Below are positions 46,961-59,075 of a stretch of DNA of 64,000 bases, piece by piece. Positions within the stretch are counted from its first letter, which is position 1. Every line of letters starts with the position of its first letter. The stretch is taken from positions 372,001 through 436,000 of the forward strand of contig NC_043007.1 in assembly GCF_006345805.1 (NCBI RefSeq). The letters are read 5' to 3'. The notes beneath the pieces are model-generated. The model was not told the DNA's origin and searched no databases. It saw only the letters and a program-made list of their open reading frames with translations. A program made the position numbers and the translations under genes. Source of the DNA: Octopus sinensis (taxonomy: Eukaryota).

Positions 46961-48837
46961 TGACGCTTTCATTGTTGAATAGTCCCTTTTGAATTCATAC
47001 ATCATGCAGTATATATATATATAGGTCTGATCTAAACTCATTTTAAAATCGATAAAAGTAATCTGCAATGAAAGAAAAGGAAACATTGGAAAAAATCAAT
47101 GCTTCTCTTACCGTAAATACTGAAAAAGTAACCTCAAAGAGATCGGATCGAACAGGGGAAGAAAGCTTTTATTCCAGGTTGATATATATACACACACACA
47201 CACACAAGCATATATACACACGTGTGCGTGTGTGTCTATGCGTGTGTGGTTAGTATTTATTATGAATTTTTCTTTAGTAGTTTGTAGCAAATTTGACACT
47301 ATTTTAAGAATTTAGGGATCAGATCAGTGGCCCTTCTGTAAATATTTGTTTTTGTTTCGTATACTTTAAATAATAATATCCTTTCAAAGCTACAGTACAC
47401 ACACACACATACAAATACGCAAACGCATACACACACACATACATACACACACACATACACACATACACACATACACACATACACACATACATACACACAT
47501 ACACGTACACACACATACACGTACACACACATACACATATACATACGTACACAAATACATACACACATACACACATACACGCACCTACACAAACACACAC
47601 ACACGTACATACACGCTCGCATACACGCACACACACACACATTAATGTCTCGTTGTGGGAGGTTCTGTGAAAATGTGTATGTATATATGTATATAATTAA
47701 ATACGTATACTTATTCATACAGATATGCGTACGCACATATGTATATGTGTATATTTGTGTGTGTGTGCGTGTGTGTGTACATATAAATGTATGCATGTAT
47801 ATATGTATGTATTAGCTATTAATACCGGAAATGAACTGTATTTATTTATGACTGTTCATGCGCATCAGCATATTCCTTCGTCATCTTCCTTTCAGGAGCA
47901 ACTGCCTTCGTTTGACACATACCACACAATAAATTCACCCTATACCTTTTAACTTTATAAAATTGTAATAGTTAGGAAAACAAAATAGAGAGTTCCAAAG
48001 TTTGTACTAACAGCTGGCCACGTTTTTTTTTTTCAACTTTAGGGGTATATTTACCCAAATTTCTAAGCGCTGTTTTCACAACTATTGTCCTACGGTTCAG
48101 ATTTTCTTAGTTTCAAAAAATATGTCGAATAAGTCCACGCTTCCATGTTTTTAACTTTTAAAAAGCTATTGTTTGACGTTAGAAGCGACGGTATTTATTT
48201 CTAGGGGACGTTTAGTTTAGCGAAAAGCTCATTCTACTTTTCAGTGCTACAGGGTTCGATTCTCTGAAGTAAGTGATGGCCTATCTGTATGAGGTAGATT
48301 TACCCGTGTTTCTAAAAGCTTTACTCACAGGTATTTTCCTACTTTCCAGTTGTTTCTCGATTTCTAAACATATGTCAACACATTTTAGGTTTCACAACAG
48401 TTTGCAGTTTCTATAGAATCAGTGCAAACTTCCACACAATAAAAATACACTTATATGGGTCACATATTTAAGGCCACCAGATGCGTTTGTTGATATAAAA
48501 AAATTATCGTAGTGCTACACAATGATTTGTAATGTAAATCAACTTAACTCATGTCCGGAATAATAATTGAGCAAGCATTTGATCAAATCTATGTCGGTCT
48601 CATACATATAGATTTATCACATCGAAATATATTTAATGTCATTCACTTTTTAAGATGGTATCGTCTAATTTAGAGCAGAATTAACGGCAATTTCTAGCAG
48701 ATCGTGGGTTTATATAGATGATTTCTCGTCGATGCACATATCGTATTGTCAATCAAACCGTTATAGATATTTTCAGGAAGGTTTATTCTGTATTTTTTTT
48801 ATTATTTTCGCTTGGGAACAAAAGAACTATAAAACTT

Positions 48838-49245
48838 GTACAAAATTATTTTCTACTCAAGGAACAAGGCCCGAAATTCTTTTGGGAAGGGGCCAGTCGA
48901 TTACATCGACTCCAGTACGTAACTGGTACTTAATTTATCGACCCCGAAAGGATGAAAGGTAAAGTCGACCTCGGCGGAATTTGAACTCAGAACATAAAGA
49001 CAGATGAAATACCTATTTCTTTACTACCCACAAGGGGCTAATCACAGAGAGGACAAACGAGGACAGACAAACGGATTATGTCGATTTTATCGTCTCCAGT
49101 GCGTAACTGGTACTTATTTAATCGACCCCGAAAGGATAAAGGCAAAGTCGACCTCGGCAGAATTTGAACTCAGAACGTAACGGCAGACGAAATACAGCTA
49201 CGCATTTCGCCCGGCGTGCTAACGATTCTGCAAGCTCTCCGCCTT
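48838..49245 (-). mobile_element. SINE family S2, head plus second core unit (tandem form)
   Basis: Junction GATGAAATACCTATTTCTTTAC at ~49004-49025. Confidence 0.85.
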
Positions 49246-49963
49246 AAAACTGGTAAAGCATTGAAATAAAATTGATTTTCCGAAGAATTTCAGTTCGGAA
49301 TTATTTGGTATTAGATTTCTTAGATATTTGTTCGTAACGTTGCTACTCTGAATCGCGTTCCAGCCATGCCGTTGTCGGCGACAATAAGTTATTTTGGCTC
49401 GTTTTTATAGCAAGTTCACTTTCATGGGAAGAGGTTGTGTAGCTTGTATCTCAACTAATCTATTTTATCCACGGATTTGGACTAGGTTTTATCTTCACTT
49501 GAAGGCCAATAATCGGGTAAGGATCAAGAGATATTGATAAGCTGAAAGAGAAAAAAATTTAAGGAAGAGGAATCACTTCGAAAAAATAGCGTGAGTGGTA
49601 TTTAATTTTATTGATGGATTAAAGAAAATGTTCACCGTGGTAGGATTCGAACTCCGAGGGTAAAGGACCAGACCAATGATAATGCATTTGTCCGAACCTC
49701 AAACGATTCAACCAACCTATTTCCTGTTTCGGGATTTTGCGAAGTAAATAACCTGTTTCTTTTCATTAGAGTGGAACGTCACTACAATTCCACATAGAAT
49801 TTGTTCTGAAACTTAAGTGAGTTTTCGAAATTGAGTTCACATTCACGTTCCATATTTTGTGCAGATGCGAAACGAGGTCGCGTAATAAATCAAACATTCT
49901 CTTTTTGTTCATACACGCAGCAACGATGTGTTGCAGCTACTGTTTATGCCTCATTCAGAGATC

Positions 49964-50002
<39 letters not shown>

Positions 50003-50005
50003 TAT

Positions 50006-52100
50006 AACTTAACTTAGAATAACTTAGAAGGTTTTTGGCCAGTATTGGCCCAGGCCATGTCTAACCTTAATAGCACCACCTGGCGAAGTCTTTCAGTTCA
50101 GGATTTGGGCACCAAGGCCCATTCGAGCAGAGAGTTATTGTTGCGGAGACATATCCGGGTGTGGGTGGTTTGTCGGTCTGTTTGAAGGAATTTGTCCAAA
50201 GACTTCTTGAATTTTGTGTGGTCAGTTTCTTTTTGACGTGTCCTGGTGTAATGTTGAAGAGAGCGGGTCCATTGAGGTGAAATAGTTGTGCCGTATTGTC
50301 GTTATGTGATGCGATTAGATTTTTGTTGTGGACGGATGGCACGTGTCCAAGCTTGGATGCATTTTGAAGGTGATGCCACATCATTCGGACAGTGCTGATG
50401 GAATATTTTCCACATCATACAGATTAATGTAGCGTTCACGGCGTCGTTGGAGTGAATACAATTTCAGCTTCTCTAGTCTACCCCAGTAGTCAAGGTCTGA
50501 CATGCCATCTATTTTTTGTGATTGACCTTTGGGGAGCTTCAATTCTCATAATATTTTGTTTTGTGTAGGGAGACCACAGTGGACAGCAGTATTCAAGGTG
50601 GGGTCGGGCAAAAGTGGAGAAGAGAGGATAATAGCGTGGGAATCTCTCGACTGGAAGGTTTCTGAGAATCCAGGAACACATTGCGGGCCATGTCAACTTT
50701 GCTGCTTATATGTGTAGCCCAGTTATTGTTGTCCACTGTTTACTCCCAGGTATCTGATGTTGTGGATGCCATGAGAAATTCTCCAGAAGGAAGAGAGTAT
50801 GGGAGTTTCAGAGCGTCCTCCCTTCCAAAGTGGATCAGTTCGAATTTGTCTTCATTTAGCAAAATGTTATTCTTTTCCGCCCATTGGACAACAGCCAGTA
50901 GGTCTGACTGAAGGTTATTCGGTCATCCACGCCATTGATGACCTTCTGGAGCTTGGAATCATCAGCGAAGGTTCTGATGTTGCTGTGTTTGATGGTGTCA
51001 GTAATATATTTATGTAGATGATGAAGAGAAGTGGGCCCAACACAGTGCCTTGTGGGACACCACTGCTGACTTTGGCTGGGCTGGATTTGACTGCTTCGAC
51101 TAACATGTTGGGTTCTGTTAGAGAGGAAGCACTTGATCCATTGTAGCAGCTTTCCAGTGACACCAATATTGGAAGCTTTTCAGAAGGATCTTATGATCAA
51201 CCTGTCAAAGGCCTTGCTGAAATCAAGGTAGATGACATCAGTGTTGGAACCCTTTCCCAAGGCTCTCAAAATGTCATCAAAATGATGCAGTAGCTGCGTC
51301 AGGCAATCTCTCCCATTACGGAATCCATGCTGGTTGGGGTTCAGCATATTATGACTCTCAAGGAGTGAGTCATACGCGATCTCAGCACCCTCTCAAATAC
51401 CTTGATGATATGAGAGGTGAGTGAGATTGGACGGTAATTCACGGCAAGCGATTTGTTTCCTTTTTGAAAACTGGGACAACAGACTGGGATAGAAGGTCTT
51501 CTGGTATATATCCAGCATCCAATGAGTTCCGACACAGATTGGCTAGAGGGGGTGCAAGTGGTTTTGACACATCTTCAAGACACAAGCAGGGAACCTATCG
51601 GGACCTACTGCTGAATTATGCTTCATTTCCTTTATTGCTGCTAAGAATCAGCGAGAGGCCAAATGTTATGTCCGATAAAGTGTATTGGGGAAGTAACATC
51701 ACTGATACAGCCCAGATCAGTCATATCAGGATTGCTGAAAAGAGCATATTGTTTCTGCAATATTTCTCCCATGGTTTTGCATTGTCTGAAGAGTACCATT
51801 TTCATCAATCAGAGGGCCAACAGTAGAACCAGTGACTCTGTGTTTTTTTGCAAATGAAAAGAACACTTTGGGATTGAGTTTGATCTTCTCAATGGCCCAG
51901 GCTCCAGCTCTTCGCTGACTATTGATGATAGACATCATGATTGTTTGGAGTTTATGTTTTTAATCCTAGCGACGAGATGGCAGTCAGGTTGGTGTGTGTT
52001 GCTGGTGACAGTATTTAGCATGTTGATCTTTTGTTGATTCTTTATTTTCCTTATGAGAGATTTCTATTTCTAGGGATTCGACACTTAGATTTGTTTGCAG
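50006..52100 (-). pseudogene. 5'-truncated CR1/L2-group LINE with disrupted reverse transcriptase
   Basis: ORF pieces IKLNPKVFFSFAKKHR, NYRPISLTSHIIKVFERVLR, VSSGVPQGTVLGPLLFIIYIN, FARPHLEYCCPLWSPY. Multiple frameshifts and stops. AACTTAG-type short repeats at the 3' end. Confidence 0.92.
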
Positions 52101-52119
52101 ATCTATATCTATTTGTTTG

Positions 52120-52233
52120 CAGTCTAGTATAATATATATATATACATATTTATATATCATAACATACATATATATATAATAATATATATATACATACATA
52201 TATATACATTACATATATATATAAAATAATATA

Positions 52234-52267
<34 letters not shown>

Positions 52268-52281
52268 CATACACACATATA

Positions 52282-52314
<33 letters not shown>

Positions 52315-52530
52315 ACTAATATATATATAATAATAATATATATATATATATAAATAATATAATATATATATTATAAATAAATATATATATATAAATAAAT
52401 ATATATATATATATAAATAATATATATTATATATATATATATATATATTTATTTTTTTTATTATATATATATTTTTATATATATATTATATATTATTATA
52501 TATATATATAATATGTATGTATATATATAT
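52120..52530. repeat. (TA)n-rich microsatellite
   Basis: Directly visible. Many similar TA/CA tracts occur across the window and are not all listed. Confidence 0.9.
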
Positions 52531-53383
52531 ATGGAGGTGGAAATAGCATAGAAGTAAATCTAAGACACTTCAATTTGTACTGAATCTAAAGTGACTTCTC
52601 GAAATTAGTTCACATTTACGTTCACTTTGTGCACATGAGCGAAACGAGGTCGCGTATAAATCAAACATTCTCTCTTTGTTCATACTATCAGACATTCCAG
52701 CAGAACATTAAAGGAAACAGATTTCTGTTATTCATTGCTATGCAATTAAAGACGAATAGTGCTAGAAAAGTTCATAAACAAAAAGAACCCTGCTACCATC
52801 GACACCACCACCGCCACACCACCATCACCACCACCACCAACAACAACAACAGCAGCAACAATCAGTCTTTACTGAGCCACCGAGTTGGCATTTTAGAGCT
52901 TTTGCAATTTGGTGGTTTCAAATATTGGTCAGAAAGTTCGTGACATGATAGAGAACTTGACACAGAACATGGAAAGATAATCGACACCGTAACTCATATA
53001 TCACGGATTTATTAATGAAATTTCAGGCTGCTTGCTTTTCAGTCGTTCGATTGATGTTGTAAATTGGCTTTTGTAGTTAGCGTAAATTCGGATAATGAAG
53101 ATTTGAAAAATCTCATCGGTCATTCAAACTCTTGGAGTTTTACCTCGTGAACATGTTCGTATCAGTCTTTATGTTGCTACTGATATACAAACACGAAGAA
53201 GCACGCATACACTTATAGATATATATATATATATAATCTATATGTATGTATGTATGTATGTATGTACACACACACACACATATATATATATGTAAGATGG
53301 AGGTGGAAATAGCACAGAAGTAAATCTAAGACACTTCAATTTCAGGAGTTTAATAAAAATGATTTTAAAAATTATATAAAGAA

Positions 53384-53426
53384 AATATTACCGGTTTCGA
53401 TAATGAATCTCATCTTATCAAATATC
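53384..53426 (-). ncRNA. Minimal type I hammerhead with U3-A8 covariant core (family H)
   Basis: Minus strand reads GAUAU-UUGAUAA-GAUGA-GAUUCA-UUAUC-GAAA-CCGG-UA-AUAUU. 5-bp stems I and II, palindromic ACCGGU stem III, predicted cut between 53389 and 53388. Confidence 0.65.
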
Positions 53427-54274
53427 AGTAACTAAAATTACAAGTAAAAACATTATGTAGCTTGTTATTCTCTTTAAATGAACATTTTTCTGGTTGAAAT
53501 ACACCGAAAAATGGTGACACAGCAGTCCAAAAATCGTAAAAAATAGGGATTTTCATAAAAAAAAACATCTTTTTGGTGTAAATAATTTTTGGTCCATTTT
53601 GAATTTTTTCTTCTACGGAATGAAGAGCAAGCCTTCTATCATACTCTCCATTTTTTTAGTCAACTTGTGCCACAGGGTCTCGGAGGAGATAGTGTTAGTT
53701 GAAGACTACCAAACCTGCAATGCACAGACAACTTCAGCTTTATGTATAGTGAGATTTTGTCTCATCCACGATGTAATAATTGTCAAACCTGCGCACGATC
53801 TCAGATAAAAACAATCTCTAAACAAGTAAAACTTTGAATATAAATTTCAAATGGGTTTGCCATTTCGGAATTAACATTTAACAGTTACACAAGATACGTA
53901 TATAGAGTGTAGGCAGTTGCAAGTTCAATTATCGTTTCTTTTTTCTTCTCTCCTTTTTTCTATTCTATTTCAATGGAGTTGATTAGCAATATAACAGAAG
54001 GAAACAATAACACAATGGCTGTATTGTGTCGAGATAATTAAAAAGAAATAATGGTATTTTTTTTATTCGAACGTGGACTGATTTTTTTAATTAACCTCGT
54101 CACTTAAACTCCCTCCCATTTATCTCCCTTCTTCGCTCTCTAAAATCTTTTTTTCTCTCTCTGTGTATGTATGTATTGCTGTTACTGTACTTATGACTGC
54201 ACAAAGTATCTGACTGTTATACATTGTCATTCGCTTACCTTCGTACACATATGTATACGCATATATATATATAT

Positions 54275-54305
<31 letters not shown>

Positions 54306-54611
54306 GTATATGTATGTATGTATGTATGCATGTATGTATGAATACATAAACTTATACACACACATAAACATCTACACACATGAATATATATATATATATA
54401 TACATATATGTATACATATGTACATAAATATATACATAAATACCTACACACGTATTCAAATATGAATTAGAAGCAATGCTAGAGGTGCAAATATTGAATA
54501 TGTACGGCCGATTATATGAATATATGTATATATACATATATACGCACACACATACTCATATGTATATATGTGTCGATGTATTTATTTATATGTCAGTATA
54601 TACATACAATA

Positions 54612-54645
<34 letters not shown>

Positions 54646-55529
54646 CGCATATGCGTGCATGTATACACATATAAAATGCCTGGAAGCAAAGTAGAATCCG
54701 AAAAATCAAAAACAATGGCGGACGTATAAAGTCAACGCAATTAAAACTGTAAAAGGAAAAGACTATAAGACGACGTCATTTAAGACATAAGTATGGCGCC
54801 AGGAAGAAGTTAATATGAAAGAAATAAAAAAATTAAAGACCTAAACATTAAGCCGTTGGTTCGCAATATCGTCACATGTTTTTGCTCAGTTCAATTCTCC
54901 TTGCTTCTTTTTCGTGGATTATACCACACCATAGTACAGTTATGTTTCGTCAACGACATAAACAACAGCTGTTCCTCCGTTTAAACACACCTCTTCCTGA
55001 TACTAACTACAGAGTTGGTCTCTTCTAAAGCACCTCCCCATACTTTTGGTGTGGGTTGCCACCAAAACTTCTCCATAAAGGCCCAGAATATTAACTACAC
55101 AACATGTTGGTATACGCACGCCAACATCCGTCTTTTCAATTCATAGCGTCACGTCAACATAACAACCCAGTCACTGAATGCCAAGACCCGATATCATGAC
55201 ATCTTACAACTACTAACAACTTGATTTATTTTTCCTAAACATTCGCACACAACCTTGCTCACACAATTAACTTTCAGCAGCTGGAAAATTGTCCTCAAGT
55301 TTCTATCCCTATTGCAGTATGTTGTTGCTAAAACAAAATACATTGCTTTCTGTAGAAAAACATGTTCTGTGGTACCTCTCTTGTCATTTACATATAAACA
55401 TATCAATATGAAAAATATTCTTTGAATATATATATGAATGCTTCTACTACTTCCACCCATTGGAAATTTAACAGGTTTGGTAGGATATTTCGGACAAGAA
55501 GGAAATATCTGTAGATATGAACGACTCTT

Positions 55530-56075
55530 CCAAATTCATTGAGAAGGAGAATATTTATGCGAAACTTCAGAAAGAAGATCGTCTCATTGCAACAGCTCCG
55601 CTACTGGGAAAGGCTGAAACAGCTAAGACTCTACTCGCTGGAGCGAAGGCGGGAGAGGCATGCTGTAATATACATCTGGAAGTTCCTGGAAGCAATTGTG
55701 CCAAATTTTGGGATTGAAAGCTACACCAAAGCCAGAACAGGTCGACACTGCACAGTGCCAAAGATCCCAGCAATGCCATAGCACTTCTGGATCAGTTACT
55801 GCAACAGCCTGGGTTTCAGGGAAGCATAGCCTTTTAATATTCTCCCTAAGAGCCTGAGGAACCTACACAAAATTGATGTAGGTGTTTCCAAATCAAAACT
55901 GGATCTCTTCCTGTAGAGAGTCCCAGATGAACCTACCTCACAGCAAGAGGTGCAAATGAGGGTAGCGACATCAAACTCCCTTGTTCACCAAATGCTACAT
56001 ATTAGAGGAGGCTCTCAATAACAACAGTGCAGCAAAACGGCGGGGCTCCAGCAAGGCCACAGCTCTGAGATGAAA
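55530..56075 (+). mobile_element. 3' fragment of a CR1/L2-group LINE
   Basis: YWERLKQLRLYSLERRRERHAVIYIWKFLEAIVPNFGI followed by a C-terminal region and tail GGCGGGGCTCCAGCAAGGCCACAG. Confidence 0.85.
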
Positions 56076-56706
56076 CTTAAAAAAACAGAAAAAAACTACT
56101 TCGAAGCCTGCAGCATCTCAGCCCCCATCTATGCTAATAATTTCTTTTTATTTAAATCAAGAACAGTTGACGCCCTTGGCTATGTTACTAAATGTCAAGG
56201 CGGCTGTCTGGAATGGGAAACCGTTTAAGGTAAAGAAAATGACCACTTCACTTAGGAAACAGAATGTATGCCAAGTTTTTCTAGGCATACACTTCTCGGA
56301 ATTGTCTCACTTCCAACGATGGGTCTCAGTTTTTTTGTTATAACCGAATTCCTTCCTTATAGGAAGAAATAAAATAGGTGTAAGAAAAAGAGAAGATAAC
56401 ATAAATAGCATGGATTCAAGTGGGATGAATTCGCCCTTTCGAAGAAAGAATATAGCTCCATAATTCTTATGTTGCATATTGTCATTTGCGATAATCATCG
56501 AAAAGGTATTATTGACGCTGCGAAATTTTTCTAACCATTATTACCTGTTATTTACAATCGTTACAATCTTACCAAGGAAGAGCGGATGGAGAAGAAAAAA
56601 GCAAACAAACAAATGAGCAATGAAGCACCAATCAGGAAGGCAATACAAATATATGAGAAAAGAGAGAAAGGATGAAGAAGGAGGAGGCTTAAGACAGATA
56701 ACTCAC

Positions 56707-56735
56707 AGCTTCTGGTGTCACTCCGGTATCTTCTG
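56707..56735 (-). other. Putative 29-nt micro-exon
   Basis: Minus strand acceptor TTTTTGTTGCTGATGTTTAG (NAGNAG) and donor GCT|GTGAGT. Open frame EDTGVTPEA. Confidence 0.2.
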
Positions 56736-57274
56736 CTAAACATCAGCAACAAAAACATATTCCTTAACAAAATGGTTGATAGTAAGGAATGTATAATGTC
56801 TCACAAGAGAGACATAAACTCGCACAACAAATATTTAGCTCTTGTCGATGTTAGAAGTGACCTTAAATCTACCGGAGAAATATATACTAACAAGGAGCCG
56901 TTAGAGAAAAACCTCTGTAGATTATAAAACGCTAATGCATAAGCATGGTTCCTGTAAATCTGAAAACGATGCCACAATGAATAAGAATTGTAACCTCATA
57001 ACTGCTATATCGAAGCGTTTTGAGGATTGTAGTTTTAGCAATCCAATAGCAAGAAATAGCTACAAAATACCTGTTCGACAATGGATAGGAATGGACACTA
57101 TTGATTATATTATGTAGCCATAGAATTTCTTCTACTTGCGAATCAGAGATACATTGACGGTACTATCTATCTTCGCGACACAACGTTCTTCTTCAAGAAA
57201 TATAAATATCCTTCAGAAGACGTTCTCTTCCCTAATAAATCCAAAACGTTGCATGCAAAGTTGTGTATATCTAT

Positions 57275-57497
57275 TTGTTTACTACCCACAAGGGGCTAAA
57301 CGCAGAGAGGACAAAGAAGGACAGACAAACGGATTAAGTCGATTACATCGACTCCAGTGCGTTCTTAATTTATCGACCCCGAAAGGATGAAAGGCAAAGT
57401 CGACCTCGGCGGAATTTGAACTCGGAACGTAACTACAGACGAAATATAGCTACGCATTTCGCCCGGCATGCTAACGTTTCTGCCAGCTCGCCGCCTT
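57275..57497 (-). mobile_element. SINE family S2, full length
   Basis: Reverse complement of tail, central motif and head. Confidence 0.88.
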
Positions 57498-57939
57498 GAA
57501 GTTGTGTATCTCCTTATATTCCTCCACCAGCAATACTCTGATCAAAAAGAGTCATATTTTGTAGCGAAAAGAAATAACGGTCTTTTGGCTGCTATTTCTA
57601 AATTTTTCGGTATGTGGTTAAGCAACTCGTTGCTAAATCCTTAATTATTGTTATATATATATAATATATATATATATTATATATATATATATGTGTGTGT
57701 GTGTGTGGTGTGTGTGTGTGTGTGTGTGTATGTATCTATATGACGAGATTCTTTCAGTTTCCATCCACAAAATCCGCTTTTTGGTACGACCTACAGTAGA
57801 AGACATCTGCCCAAGGTATCATGTAGTGGGACTGAACACAAAACCATGAGATTTGGAATCAAGCTTCATACCACACAGCCACAACGCTACCTATACCAAT
57901 ATGTATCTGTCTATCGATCAATCGATCGATCTATAAACA

Positions 57940-57979
<40 letters not shown>

Positions 57980-58620
57980 CAATTTGTGAATATAGTTTAA
58001 TACATACAACCATGGAACAAAATAAATACGATAGGATATGGTATAAAATTTAATGGGAGCTGTCACGTAAGTAGTGCAGCTCTGAGCTATACACACCTAT
58101 ATATTTATATCCTATTTTGCGACTTTCTTCCTTCGCGTAAAACATTATTATTATTATGTATTTTATAAACACCTTCGTTTTCCGATTTCCGCTGGAACGA
58201 GATTGCGTTCTTGATTCTGTCACGATAAGCGATACATCAAAACAGTTTAATTTCAAAGGTGTTCCCTTCAACCCTATAATATGTAAATACAAATGTAAAT
58301 ATCTTAAAATCAAACTGGCAGTAAAATACTGGCCTGTGTTTCTCTGTGTGGTACTTGAGAAAGAATATGTGTAATTAAGTAGTCATAAATACTTGCTTAT
58401 CCACAGATCGATTCCCTTACAACTACTTTAATATTGATTTCTTTTGAACAGCAGAAGAACCGATGGATCTTCCGTTCCTTTCGACGATTTCCTTCTCGTC
58501 ACATATATACATATACATATACATATATATAGGGAGAGTTTACGAAAAAAAAAAAGGCAAAGACAGGTGGTGTACAAAACAAACAGATGTATTAGAATAA
58601 CGCTCAGGAATTGAAAAAGT

Positions 58621-58656
58621 CTTTTACGTTTCGAGCCTACGCTCTTCTACAGAAAG
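58621..58656 (-). ncRNA. Minimal hammerhead-like motif, family B copy 3 (CUGUAGA core, perfect stem II)
   Basis: Minus strand reads CUUU-CUGUAGA-A-GAGC-GUAG-GCUC-GAAA-CG-UA-AAAG, within family B fragment 58528-58696. Confidence 0.55.
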
Positions 58657-58696
58657 GGACACAGAAAAAACAAGGAGAGAAACAAGGAGAGAAAAA

Positions 58697-59075
58697 TACT
58701 CAGGACTATTCCCCATTTTTTAGGAAGGGATAGCCACAACAAGACACACACCAGGCATTCAATTCATTTCCCAGCTGAAAGGGGAGAGCCCCGTTCTATG
58801 CTCTGGTCAAGGTATAGAACGCAACACCCAATATCAGCAGCGGGGCCCGACAGCAAATGCGGGTTTATTCCCGCCGTATCATGTTGGTTCCGTACTCCTT
58901 TGAGCAACATCAAATTCACTCATCCGTCCACAAATACTCCCCAAGCTTTCCTATCATTTATAATCTCTGTTGCCTCTCTCACTCCAGCACATCTGACCAC
59001 CAAAGCTCTCCTCACTCCATCCATCTATACAAACCGAGGTGTACCTCTGGTCCTCTCGTCATATTGACGTGTAAC
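58697..59075 (-). mobile_element. 3' end of an RTE-clade LINE
   Basis: Minus strand encodes RGTPRFV*MDGVRRALVVRCAGVREATEIINDRKAWGVFVDG*, resembling the RTE C-terminal GRPR..W.D.V...L......A..R..W motif, followed by a 3' UTR. Confidence 0.6.

Noticed and set aside
52620-52655. GUUCA...UGAGC-GAAA-CGAG-GUC motif (relative at ~49845-49885)
   Set aside because: It has stem II, GAAA and GUC but no conserved 5' core, and no stem I.
55854-55890. CUGAGGA-ACCUAC...GUAGGU hairpin
   Set aside because: Followed by GUUU rather than GAAA, and it lies within LINE coding sequence.
56561-56770. 69-aa hydrophobic ORF as a standalone membrane-protein gene
   Set aside because: TTG start, composition driven by CT/TTTG-rich sequence, and no supporting gene structure. 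Kept only as a weak exon candidate.
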